This document shows, piece after piece, positions 24,343 to 37,914 of a stretch of 64,000 nt of DNA; the stretch's first letter is position 1; each line of letters starts with the position of its first letter. The notes under the pieces are model-generated. The model did not search any database and was not told where the DNA came from. It saw only the letters and a list, made by a program, of their open reading frames with translations. Origin of the DNA: Octopus vulgaris (Eukaryota); NCBI GenBank assembly GCA_951406725.2, contig OX597835.1:10230001-10294000 (forward strand), in the 5' to 3' direction. The translations under genes were made by a program, and so were the position numbers.

Positions 24343-25219
24343 TATATACCAGATATATATAAACAAAATGAGGATTATATATACAGCCAACCATGACGAA
24401 AATATCAAATCAAAATTTAAATTTTGAATTTTATATATTATATTAATTAATTTTTTCTATGTTTTGGTTTATGTTTTTCACTTCATGATTTGCCTAATAG
24501 TGGTTTTATCTCTAATTTAATATAATATATATATGTATGTATGTATACATACAGAGTGTATACGCAGGTCTGATTCATAGTGAAGCAATAATAAAAATAA
24601 AAGACAGTAAACCAAAGAATCAACTCCAGTGTATTACTGGTACCGTTTTTATTTACCCAGAAAGAAGGACAAAAGGCCAAATTGACTTCAGCGAGATTAG
24701 AACTCAGAATAGCAGCAAGATGCTAATTATCATTAGACACGTAATTTGGTGTTCTACAGTTTTTTGTTTGTCCACCATTCTCACCCTTATAATAATAATA
24801 ATAATAATAATAATAGTAGTAATAATAGTAGTAATAATGATAATGATGATGATGACGGATAAAGAAAACGGGGGTACGTTTCATCATATGAAACCCCGTC
24901 GTTTGCGTCTGGTGTGGATTAGATTTCAAAATGTGGAAGGGCTGATTGATCTCTGATCGTTAGTTGATTGGTTTAATTAATCAGATTGATTGGGAAAAAT
25001 CAACCTATGAAGCAAAACAGAAATGAAGACAAAACATGAAAGCCAAACTATTTATTAATTAATTTTTTTTTGTGGGGGTTTTTTTTTTTTGCTTTTGTTT
25101 TAGTAAGTAGCCCTAGTCCGTCTTTTCTGGTCCACTCCCCACCCCCTCAAATAAAAGTCACACTACTCAACATACATTACACAACATCTACCGTGGGGGG
25201 AATTTATGTTTTGTATCTG

Positions 25220-25258
<39 letters not shown>

Positions 25259-25542
25259 CTCAATTCTGTGGATCAACGCAAAATTTGGGGTTGGAAGAGG
25301 AAGAGGCCAAAGATGAAAGCATAAAAGATTTTTAATTAAAAAATACAGCAAAAACAATTGGACCCAGCATCTGCTTTCAAACGCTTGTAAACTCTGCCCC
25401 ACCATCCACTTCTAAGAAAGTGATCTGAGTTTTTTTTTCTCTCATTAAAATAGATTTTGTTTCAATCTCCCATACACACACACACACACACAATGTGCAG
25501 TGAGAGGCCAAAATTACAATGCTTCAAAACCAGGTTCTGTTG

Positions 25543-26169
25543 TTACTCCTACTCTTTACTCTTTTACTTGTTTCAGTCATTTGACTGCGGCCATGCTGGA
25601 GCACCACCTTTTAGTCGAACAAATCGACCCCGGGACTTATTCTTTGTAAGCCCAGTACTTATTCTATCGGTCTCTTTTGCCGAACCGCTAAGTGACGGGG
25701 ACGTAAACACACCAGCATCGGTTGTCAAGCAATGCTAGGGGGACAAACACACACACGCATATATATATATATATATATACATACATTTATTATATAGAAG
25801 GAGCTTCTACAGGACTAGAACTGTTTCATTCAAGAGAAATCATCAGGAAGCTCCTGATGATTTCTCTTGAATGAAACAGTTCTAGTCCTGTAGAAGCTCC
25901 TTCTATATAATAAATTAATTTTACTCTGCTATGTATTGAGTACCTTATTTACTGTGGTTAACCCCGAATCAACCCGGGACCTACATATATATATATACAT
26001 ATATACGACAGGCTTCTTTCAGTTTCTGTCTACCAAATCCACTCACAAGGCATTGGTCAGCCCGGGGCTATAGCAGAAGACATTTGCCCAAGATGCCACG
26101 CAGTGGGACTGAACCCGGAACCATGTGGTTGGTTAGCAAGCTACTTACCACACAGCCACTCCTGCGCCT
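25543..26169 (-). mobile_element. Cephalopod SINE with a palindromic Penelope-like insert (25787-25984) in its (TA)n tract
   Basis: SINE halves flank a near-perfect palindrome with about 60-bp arms (25787-25914). Confidence 0.8.
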
Positions 26170-26326
26170 ATTGTTGTTCTGTTCTGTTTACATATTGCAG
26201 TGCGAGGCATTCAAAGCTACCATCATTGCTAATTTGAACTGCTTTGGTTGCAGCGAGAACCCAAGTACATCGCATCCAATACTCTCCTCATTACTGAATA
26301 CTTCATGCAAATCATATGCAGCCCAG

Positions 26327-27995
26327 CTAAACACAGAGGGGACAAACAAGGGCAGACAAAGGGATTAAGTTGATTACATCGACCCCAGTGCATAACTAGT
26401 ACTTTATTTATCGACCCCGAAAGGATGACAGGCAAAGTCAACCTCGGTGGAATTTGAACTCAGAACGTAACGACAGACGAAATACCTATTTCTTTACTAC
26501 CCACAAGGGGCTAAACACAGAGGGGACAAACAAGAGCAGACAAATGGATTAAGTTGATTACATCGACCCCAGTGCATAACTAGTACTTTATTTATCGACC
26601 CCGAAAGGATGACAGGCAAAGTCAACCTCGGTGGAATTTGAACTCAGAACGTAACGACAGACGAAATACCTATTTCTTTACTACCCACAAGGGGCTAAAC
26701 ATAGAGGGGACAAACAAGAGCAGACAAAGGGATTAAGTTGATTACATCGACCCCAGTGCATAACTAGTACTTTATTTATCGACCCCGAAAGGATGACAGG
26801 CAAAGTCAACCTCGGTGGAATTTGAACTCAGAACGTAACGACAGACGAAATACCTATTTCTTTACTACCCACAAGGGGCTAAACATAGAGGGGACAAACA
26901 AGAGCAGACAAAGGGATTAAGTTGATTACATCGACCCCAGTGCATAACTAGTACTTTATTTATCGACCCCGAAAGGATGACAGGCAAAGTCAACCTCGGT
27001 GGAATTTGAACTCAGAACGTAACGACAGACGAAATACCTATTTCTTTACTACCCACAAGGGGCTAAACATAGAGAGGACAAACAAGAGCAGACAAAGGGA
27101 TTAAGTTGATTACATCGACCCCAGTGCATAACTAGTACTTTATTTATCGACCCCGAAAGGATGACAGGCAAAGTCAACCTCGGTGGAATTTGAACTCAGA
27201 ACGTAACGACAGACGAAATACCTATTTCTTTACTACCCACAAGGGGCTAAACATAGAGAGGACAAACAAGAGCAGACAAAGGGATTAAGTTGATTACATC
27301 GACCCCAGTGCATAACTAGTACTTTATTTATCGACCCCGAAAGGATGACAGGCAAAGTCAACCTCGGTGGAATTTGAACTCAGAACGTAACGACAGACGA
27401 AATACCTATTTCTTTACTACCCACAAGGGGCTAAACATAGAGAGGACAAACAAGAGCAGACAAAGGGATTAAGTTGATTACATCGACCCCAGTGCATAAC
27501 TAGTACTTTATTTATCGACCCCGAAAGGATGACAGGCAAAGTCAACCTCGGTGGAATTTGAACTCAGAACGTAACGACAGACGAAATACCTATTTCTTTA
27601 CTACCCACAAGGGGCTAAACATAGAGAGGACAAACAAGAGCAGACAAAGGGATTAAGTTGATTACATCGACCCCAGTGCATAACTAGTACTTTATTTATC
27701 GACCCCGAAAGGATGACAGGCAAAGTCAACCTCGGTGGAATTTGAACTCAGAACGTAACGACAGACGAAATACCTATTTCTTTACTACCCACAAGGGGCT
27801 AAACATAGAGGGGACAAACAAGGACAAAGGGATTAAGTTGATTACATCGACCCCAGTGCGTAACTGGTACTTTATTTATCGACCCCGAAAGGATGAAAGG
27901 CAAAGTCGACCTCGGTGGAATTTGAACTCAGAACCTGACAACAGACGAAATACCGCTAAGCATTTCGCCCAGCGTGCTAACGTTTCTGCCAGCTT
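26327..27995 (-). repeat. Tandem array of nine 184-bp Nin-SINE-derived units capped by one SINE head
   Basis: aatacc junctions at 26481, 26665, 26849, 27033, 27217, 27401, 27585, 27769 and 27949. Confidence 0.92.
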
Positions 27996-30900
27996 GCCAT
28001 CCTCTTACACTTTGGTGGCTGTATGTATATGCATGTATAATGGTTTTCCTTATTCAGAGCAATCATGCTTGTGAAGTCAAAGCACAATCACAATGTACGT
28101 ACACACACACACACACACACATATACATACACACACAGGTGACAGCCTGGATTGAAGACGTGAACTTCAATTCAAGCTTTGCTGGGGTGGTTTTCTTCCC
28201 CCGATATTTTTCACGTTTATCAATTTCAGAAACTTGTTAGGAAGAAACCAATTATAAGACTAATATTATTTTTTTTTTTTTTAAATTGAAATCCAAGCTT
28301 GAATCAAAACTCGGAGAAGAAAATAATTTAAAAACTGAACCTCGTTAAAATATTTTTAATTTCCTCCTTTTTATTGAATAATTAGATTCAAGTTGGATCT
28401 GTATCGTCATGTATTGTTTTTCTTACCCGACCCCTGGATGTGGGTTTTAAAACAGCCAACCATGACGAAAGTATCAAGTCAAAACCAATTTGTCACTGAA
28501 TAAATAAAATACGGAGTAAATAAAAGAGGAATTAACAAACAGGTTTTAAAGTTTTCTATTTGTAGATATGTGGATATATGGGGGGGGGGGGAATAGAAAT
28601 ATTGACATGTATCTTGGTTTTTTTTTACATTTGTTTCCTCTTGGAGACTTTTTCTGTGTTGTTGTTGTTGTTCTTCTTCTGTACGAAGACAAGAGGAAAG
28701 ACTGCATATCTGTGTGTGTGCATGTGTGTGTGATGTATATGCACTCAGTGTGTGTGTCAATGTGTGTGTGTGCAAACAGACACACACACACACACGTTCC
28801 CTTGAGTACAACCATTCCAAGAATGCTTCCATTCCTTTGAATTTTAACAACTGATCTGAACACCACAGCTAATTATTGTAGTGTCAGGGTTTATGGTGTC
28901 GGTGCTGACAGAAGTGGTTAAAGTCGAAGATTGTGGTGGCAAGTATATTGTACAACAATAATTCCTTTATGGATGCTGGTGGCGGTGGTGGTGGTGGTGG
29001 TAACATTATGTTAGTGAAGCCAGCAAAGGACAGAGAGGGAGGTGGTGGTGGAGGTGGGAGGGAGGGAGGGAGACTCAATAGAGTCCACTGTTCCAGTCAT
29101 GCGGCAGACAAACTTCTCCACCAAAGTAAACTTTGCTAAAGAATCTTTAAAATCTTTACCAACTTTGCACCATCTTAAAATGTCTGCCCAAATATAAACA
29201 CACACCAAGACATCAGAGTTTCACCCAACACCATTACATTATGTTGTTAAATACCTCCTCATCATCATTGTTTAACGTCCATCTTTCCTTAAACAATGAT
29301 GAGGATGGTGGTGTACACACACACACTTTTACTCTGACGATGGAAGGCGGAGAGCAAAAATATGGAGAACAGTGACCCCTGAAATCAAGTCAAAAACTGA
29401 CTGAATCACATGACAAACCATTGCAATAAGGGATTTCATTTGTTGTTCTTGTTGTTGTTGCTTTTGGATATTGCCACCAAGTCTACAAATTTCTCAGGAA
29501 GGGATTGGTACTTGTCTTATTCCTCCCTAAAGTTTACTGAGTGAGATTACGAAGAGACGTAACTAAATACCAAAAAAATGGACAGAGAATGCTACTCTAC
29601 CCTCTCACCTACCCCACCACCGCTTTTAAGCCCTTAAACAATGGAAAATACTTGCATGAATGTTGGATGTCAAACAGACAAAAGAAAAAAAAGGTCCTTT
29701 TTTTTTATCTGAAGGGTAAATTTCATACTTATTTTCACTTTAGATAAGTAAAGGTAAAAGTTACCTTCTCGAGTCGTGCCAAACTCCTAAGGGTTGTTTT
29801 CCTGGCGTATATATATCCCACCTGGATAGGACGCAGGTCCATCGCAGGATAACTCACTTTTGCAAGCTGAGTGGACTGGAGCAACATGAAATGAAGTGTT
29901 TTGCTCAAGAACACAACGCGCCGCCCGGTCCAGGAATTGAAACCACAATCCTACGACCATGAGTCCAACATCCCTAACCACTAAGCCACACGCCTCCACT
30001 TTGAATAAGGACAAAAACCGTAAGAACTATTAGTCCCTCACACAATAAGATTTCGAATTCCATTATGGAAAGGGGCCAATAGATATTCAGCTCCCGTTTT
30101 ATAAAGGACGAAGGCCGTATCTATGTAAAGGTTTTGAGACATTCATTGATGACATCTGCTGTTTAAGGGTTAATATTAAGAAAGAAGCAGTAAAAGGAAG
30201 AAATCAACCAAATGCTAATAAAAAAAAAAGATGGGTGTGTAGATGGGGGGTGGGGACAAAACAAATGCAAAGGCCCAAAGTAATTGGTACCCTTCCAGTA
30301 ATAAACGAGAAAATGATGTCATTAGGTGGTGGTGGTGTTGGTGTTGGTGTTAGTAGTAGTAGTGTTGAAATTCATTCTGACAATGACAGAGAATGGTCTG
30401 GAATCAGAGCTGATGAAGGAACACATGATTTGCTTTATTGGAACGGAAAGGAATTGGTCAAGTGTCCAAGACTAAAAACTTATACAAGGATTCTAAGATT
30501 CCAAGCAGAACATACGTAACCGAGCATATTACATGCATCTGTGTGTGTGTGTGTGTAAATGTGTGTGCATGTGTGTGTATACGTGTAAATATATATATAT
30601 ATATATATATACGTACATACCCACACACATGTATGCATGATCCTATACATACACGCATTCGTAGACACATTCATACACTCTGACAAACACACACACACAC
30701 ACTCACGCACATATATGCAAGCACACTAACACATGTTGTAAGTCAATTTTTATTTATACAAAACAAAATGTTGATACATACTTGCAATGTAAGAGTGTAA
30801 TGCCACACACACACACACACACACACACACCCATGCACAGTGTCTCACCAATTTTTACCTGTTTATGTTTAAATAACATACCTAGAGCGGAGGTGGGGGG

Positions 30901-31372
30901 AGAGGAGAGAAAAAAAAAAAACCGGAAGAATCTTGTGTGTGTGTGTTTGTGTTTGTGTTTGTGTTTGTATGCGTATTTATACATACATGAATAATATATA
31001 TATATATATATGTATATACATAGTACTCAAACATATACAGAAAGATAGAGATATACAGTAAATATTGGTTGTTAACAGTCAAGAAAGTTTTGTGGTTCTA
31101 ACAGTTACTGTTTATTATACAAGGTTAAGCTAAGATACTAGTCATTAATTTACAGAATTAAGTAGGAGGTGGTGGTGGTGGTGGTGGAGGAGGTGGTAAG
31201 GACAGCATATCAAGATTAGACGTAAGACAAAACATAGGGGTGGGTGGTAGAAGGTGGTTTACTTTTTTGGGGGTTTTTTTTTTTTTTTTGCATATTTCTT
31301 TTTTTCTTGTGTTTAATTTAAATCAAAAAAATTAATGAAACAAAAAAAAAAATCATTAATTAACAAACAACA

Positions 31373-31418
<46 letters not shown>

Positions 31419-31610
31419 TGATGATAATAATTATTATTAATATTATATAGTTGTAATAATAAACAAAACAGGGAGATTACACAGATTGTTTCTTTTCTTT
31501 TCTTTTTTTTTTTTTTTTCCTGGCCTATGGTGGGATGAGGGGAGGGGACAATCAGTTGTTCTCTTTTTCTCTCCCTTCATTTGTTGAGAAAGTGAGGGGG
31601 GGGGGGGGGC

Positions 31611-31775
31611 TTAGTAGCGATTATTGGAACCGTACTGCTGTGCTGCACCTCGGGCAGCGCCAGCAGCGGCATTAGCAGCAGCAGTCTGAACAGTTTCATT
31701 ACGCATGACACCCTGTGCAAATTCCGCTTGGGCCTTCTGGAAGCTAGCTCCAGTGCTACGGTAGACTCGGTGTAC
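31611..31775 (-). CDS. SCAMP: Secretory carrier-associated membrane protein, last coding exon
   Basis: [54 protein letters not shown]. The AG acceptor is preceded by a pyrimidine tract. Confidence 0.95.
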   Translation of the reverse strand, partial: VHRVYRSTGASFQKAQAEFAQGVMRNETVQTAAANAAAGAARGAAQQYGSNNRY

Positions 31776-31918
31776 CTTTCGAAAAGAGAAGACAAAGAGA
31801 AAAGAATGAGAAAAAAGGAAAAGGGAAAGGCAACGACTAAAACAATTCTGGCATAAATACTACAACAGTTTTGGTGTAAAAAAAGTGTTAAAACAAATTC
31901 AACAATTTCATAAATTGA

Positions 31919-33863
31919 TTAACCCTTTCGTTACTGTATTTATTTTGAGATGTTCTGTGTTTCTTTCAATTATTTTAAATATAACAAAGAATTTAGTAAA
32001 ATAACTTAGTTATCATTAAGCTAGTGTTAGGAACATAAATTGTGACTAAAATTTGGTGGAAGATTTTAATTAAGAACTTTTGGAAATAAGACATTTGTAA
32101 TACAGAGCCAGAGGTGGTTTCAGCCATGTTGGCATCAAAGGGTTAAAAATAGCATGGTGACTTTAACCCTTTTATTATCCTATTTCTGTTGAGATGTTCT
32201 GTGTTTCTTTCAATTATTTTAAATATAACAAAGAATTTAGTAAAATAACTTAGTTATCATTAAACTGGTGTTAGGAACATAAATTGGGACTAAGGTTTGG
32301 TGGAAGATTTTAATTAAGAACTTTTGGAAATAAGACATTTGTAATACAGAGCCAGAGGTGGTTTCAGCCATGTTGGCATCAAAGGGTTAAAAATAGCATG
32401 GTGACTTTAACCCTTTTATTATCCTATTTCTGTTGAGATGTTCTGTGTTTCTTTCAATTATTTTAAATATAACAAAGAATTTAGTAAAATAACTTAGTTA
32501 TCATTAAACTGGTGTTAGGAACATAAATTGGGACTAAGGTTTGGTGGAAGATTTTAATTAAGAACTTTTGGAAATAAGACATTTGTAATACAGAGCCAGA
32601 GGTGGTTTCAGCCATGTTGGCATCAAAGGGTTAAAAATAGCATGGTGACTTTAACCCTTTTATTATCCTATTTCTGTTGAGATGTTCTGTGTTTCTTTCA
32701 ATTATTTTAAATATAACAAAGAATTTAGTAAAATAACTTAGTTATCATTAAACTGGTGTTAGGAACATAAATTGGGACTAAGGTTTGGTGGAAGATTTTA
32801 ATTAAGAACTTTTGGAAATAAGACATTTGTAATACAGAGCCAGAGGTGGTTTCAGCCATGTTGGCATCAAAGGGTTAAAAATAGCATGGTGACTTTAACC
32901 CTTTTATTATCCTATTTCTGTTGAGATGTTCTGTGTTTCTTTCAATTATTTTAAATATAACAAAGAATTTAGTAAAATAACTTAGTTATCATTAAACTGG
33001 TGTTAGGAACATAAATTGGGACTAAGGTTTGGTGGAAGATTTTAATTAAGAACTTTTGGAAATAAGACATTTGTAATACAGAGCCAGAGGTGGTTTCAGC
33101 CATGTTGGCATCAAAGGGTTAAAAATAGCATGGTGACTTTAACCCTTTTATTATCCTATTTCTGTTGAGATGTTCTGTGTTTCTTTCAATTATTTTAAAT
33201 ATAACAAAGAATTTAGTAAAATAACTTAGTTATCATTAAGCTAGTGTTAGGAACATAAATTGGGACTAAGGTTTGGTGGAAGATTTTAATTAAGAACTTT
33301 TGGAAATAAGACATTTGTAATACAGAGCCAGAGGTGGTTTCAGCCATGTTGGCATCAAAGGGTTAAAAATAGCATGGTGACTTTAACCCTTTTATTATCC
33401 TATTTCTGTTGAGATGCTCTGTGTTTCTTTCAATTAATTTTAAATATAACAAAGAATTTAGTAAAATAACTTAGTTATCATTAAGCTAGTGTTAGGAACA
33501 TAAATTGTGACTAAGGTTTGGTGGAAGATTTTTATTCAAAACTTATGAAAACAAGACATATGTACTCAGAGCCAGAGCTGGTTTCAGCCAGGTTGGTATC
33601 AAAAGGGTTAAGAATTGTTTCTCCATTATATATTTTAACCCTTTCGTTACCATATTTATTTTGAGATGCTTTGTGTTTCTTTCAATTATTTTAAATATAA
33701 CAAAGAATTTAGTAAAATAATTTAGTTATCATTCAGTTGGTGTTAGGAACATAAATTGTGACAAAGGTTTGGTGGAAGATTTTAATTCAAAACTTATGAA
33801 AACAAGATCTTTGTACTACAGAGCCAGAGCCGGTTTTGGCCGGGTTGGTATCGAAAGGGTTAA
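31919..33863. repeat. Tandem array of eight piggyBac-like MITEs (244-bp period)
   Basis: ttaaccctt starts at 31919, 32163, 32407, 32651, 32895, 33139, 33383 and 33635. Each unit ends aaagggttaa. Confidence 0.9.
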
Positions 33864-34371
33864 TCTTTTGAATATCAGGAATGAAATTTAAAACCCGTTT
33901 AAAACCTATCACAATTTGATAAAACATTGAAAGAGGTACCTATATTTATAGGGGTACTTAAACAAGATAAACATTTATACAGATTTTTTCCTTTCCTGAA
34001 CTGTGTATACATTTTTTGGAGTGGACTGTATATGCGGGTGTATAACTGCTGAAGATTGTATTATCAAATAGCTGTGTGTGTGTGTGTGTGTATCTATAAA
34101 TATATAGAGAGAGGAATTAATTTTCATTTGTTATTTTATACAGGACTAAAAGAACTATTCCCACAAAGTAGTACAGAAGTGGTGCTTGTGCGTTTTCAGA
34201 CCAGCATATGATTTATATAAAAGAAAATACGATTTAACAAATCAACTGAAATCTGAAACACATGACAACAGCGTCCCTCATATACAAACTCTGCACCCAC
34301 CTCTATGAAGTACAAACAGTTCAATGAGAGAGAAAAATAAATCTAATCTAATGTGTTTACAGAAATATAAA

Positions 34372-34750
34372 TGCCGGTGGCACGTAAGAGAACCATCCGA
34401 ACGTGGCCATTGCCAGCGCTGCCTTGACTGGCCTCCGTGCCCATAGCACATAAAAAGCACCATCCGATTGTGGCCATTGCCAGTCTCGTCTGGCCCTCGT
34501 GCCAGTGGCACGTAAAAAGCACTATCCGATCGTGGCCGTTTGCCAGACTTCCCCTGGCATCTGTGCTAGTGGCACGTAAAAAGCACCCACTACACTCACA
34601 GAGTGGTTGGTGTTAGGAAGGGCATCCAGCTGCAAAAACTCTGCCAGATCAGACTGGAGCCTGGTGCAGCCTCCTGGCTTCCCAGACCCCAGTCGAACCA
34701 TCCAACCCATGCTAGCATGGAAAACGGACGTTAAACGATGATGATGATGA
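34372..34750 (-). mobile_element. SINE/LINE tail family ending (GAT)n on the plus strand, with internal ggcacgtaaaaagcac repeats (copies at 18620-19000, 61098-61368); orientation uncertain
   Basis: Multi-copy identity within the window. Confidence 0.65.
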
Positions 34751-37133
34751 AGGGGAGTGGGGCTATCTAACTCCCTTTCAATAACCATATTCGCTTTTGT
34801 ATTAAAAATGGATAACATTTTTATCCACTCGGTTATTCTTGTTCCATTGTAGCAATATCTCACCATAGATTTTATGACACCAATGTCTCACCATACATTT
34901 ATCGCTTGGACATCACACTTGTCATTAGATAAGTGTCGATGGCTATGGATTCATTTAACAAAGGTAAAAACATACATTAGTGAACATTTGCATATACACA
35001 CAGCGAAAGTGTGCATATATTTTATGAGAAATAGAGATCAAAATTTTAGAAACTTCAGCTTCTAATATATAGAGGGTGTCCCCCCCGAACCAAAACGTAT
35101 ACATACACTAACAGCTAATATTTCAACTTCCAGTACATTCTAGATTTAACTCATTAGAAATAATCACAAGAGCCAGAATAAGCTCAAAGGGAATTTATCC
35201 CAAAGGGTTACTGGAAGTTTGAAAATGCAGTCAAAGTGTAAAGACAATTTGGGAAGGGGTTTCAAAGAGATCCACTCCCGTGATTTACCATAAGTCGTAC
35301 TAGAGATGGAACTGTTCAGAATGTCCACAAGAAATGTTCTGGACATTAATGAGCCCCACAAAAGCAAGAAAGGGTACGAGAAACATATTGACAGAGTTTT
35401 TAAAAAATCTTGTGCAGCAAGCAAGTTGTGAGATAGGAATTTCAAAATCAAGCATCCGTTTGCATTTTGAAGCAGCTATTTAAAGTATACATCCGTTTTC
35501 TTTTTCTATTTTGTGTTTTTTGGCATACTTCATATAAAGATAAATAGTGTTATTACACTATTTCTGTCTCACCAAATTTCACCCACAGGGTATTTGTCAA
35601 GTGAAGATGATGGCAGAAGACACTCGCCCAAAGTGCTGTGCAGGGGAATTGAACTCTGAACGACAGCCCTAATTGCATCCCTTAAATTATACAGCCATGC
35701 CACACACACGAGTGTGTATGTCACATTTTAAAACAGAACATATAATGCTTACATGTATTTCTATAAGAGAACTTTGTATTAATATGTTATTGCTATTTCT
35801 AAAGATGTAAATGTGTATTTAATCCTAACTTTAAACCAAGAACAAATGGAATTTCATACATATATATAAATGAATGCAACTATTTTGATAAATAAATGAA
35901 AATTGCAATATTCATATATTTACAAAATACAAGAGAAGAAAGTAAAATAATACAAAGTCCAAAGTTACAAAGTACAGGCCATGCTGTCAAGGAAGTACAA
36001 ACAGATAATTAAACGAGAGTTGTTAACCCTTTAATGACATTAACTCACACACTCTGACGGGAGTTCATGCTTGCTGGCGTTAGTTTAGTCTTAGATTTAT
36101 TAATTTAGGAACGAGAACTGTAAATGGGGAAAAAGAAAGATTCTACATACCCACTCTGAATATACAGTGGCTGTTACTATGGAAACTGGGATCACTATAT
36201 GATACAAAGTACCCCTAAATCTTCGTTAATGCTTAAAATAATGTTAAACACACCACATACACGCAGACATCTTAAAAATGAATAAACACCAATGTTTTTG
36301 TAAGATTTAACTCTAGAAACAAAATAATGTCATCACAACTCTGTGCAAAAATTATCTACTTTCAATATACTACAGTTTACTTTAAATGTTCACCATGATA
36401 CACCACGTCGTACTTATTCCACACTGTCTCTCTACACAGACTGCAATATTACTAAATAAGCAACGTTTGCACATCCTTATAAAATGTTGATTCGTTGTCA
36501 GAATTACATTTTTTTTTTTCGTTGTTCCCACACCACTAACTCACAGATTCCATCTAAATCTTTTGATTCCACATTCTCTGTGTTTTATGAAAATGGATCG
36601 TTAATTTTATGATCATTCCATCCGAACTTTGTTGAATAATTCTCATCCACTTCCACACACACACACACACACACGATAGCTGCAGTAAGCTTCCCTTTGC
36701 AAATAAGGGCTGAAAAGTTAAAGCAGTGACAGCCCGTTCCCTCCCCTGATTCCCAAACCTTACATCTGAAGAAGCAACCAGCAACATATTCACCATTCTG
36801 GTCCATTTGCGCACGCAGACATGTCCCTACCATTCTAATAAACAGCAGATCTACCTCAACACCAAGATACTTATAGAACTCAGCCTGACAGCAGTTCATT
36901 GCTATTGTCACTTAACCAAATAGTTGTGTGTTTGTATATGTGTGTGTCATTCAAAGACCCTGAGGAAGCACTTTTGAGTTTCCTAAATTTTAAATGGCCA
37001 AGCCATTTTCTTCTGGTCAACAAACCCCAGAACTAACTACATAGAAGGTGAGCCAAAAGTTACTTACCTAAGATATTGTTTTGTTAATAAATTGTTAAAG
37101 TAGTACCAAGTGTGAGTGTTTCAGAGTGTATAT

Positions 37134-37166
<33 letters not shown>

Positions 37167-37280
37167 AATTCAGGGTGAATACTTGATAAATGTAAGCACC
37201 TGTATATGCCAGCTAGTAGCATAGGTGATAGGATATATGTATCAAATGAAATAAGTGAAAAACAGGACACAAAGGATGTT

Positions 37281-37373
37281 GCGGTACATATGTTTCGGGC
37301 TTTATAGAACAACTTATTCTTACATCAGTGCATAATCGAGATAACAGATAGTTCAAAAGCCTTCTTCAGCCGC
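37281..37373 (-). ncRNA. Type I hammerhead ribozyme (inverted partner at 37599-37692, +) in Penelope-like element 37236-37735
   Basis: gcgg-CTGAAGA-aggcttt...aaagccc-GAAA-catatg-TA-ccgc. Confidence 0.75.
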
Positions 37374-37742
37374 GTGCAATTGCTACACCAAAGACTTGTA
37401 TCACATTACAAAAGGTTTGAGAAAAAACATTTGGTATTGTTTATAATGGTAGGTAAACCGAGTACCATTGGGAAAGTATGTTTGTAAATCTTCATCATAG
37501 CCGTACATGGTATTATTAGACTCCAAAACAAATCGTCCATACCGTTTTTTTCACTCGATATTATAATGTGATACAAGTCCTTGGTGTAGCAATTGCACGC
37601 AGCTGAAGAAGGCTTTTTGAACTATCTGTTATGTCGATTATGCATTGATGTAAGAATAAGTTGTTCTATAAAGCCCGAAACATATGTACCGCAACATCCT
37701 TTGAGTCCTGTTTTTCACTTATTTCATTTGATACATATACAT

Positions 37743-37776
<34 letters not shown>

Positions 37777-37880
37777 ATATATATACACACATATATATAT
37801 ACACACATATATATATACACACATATATATATACACACATATATATATACACACACATATATATACACACATATATATAT

Positions 37881-37914
<34 letters not shown>

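Noticed and set aside
26327-27995. Retrozyme (hammerhead-containing tandem repeat)
   Set aside because: No CUGANGA...GAAA core with pairing stems could be found in the 184-bp unit on either strand.
28404-28468. SECIS element
   Set aside because: It lacks the AUGA/GA quartet geometry, and SCAMP has no in-frame UGA here.
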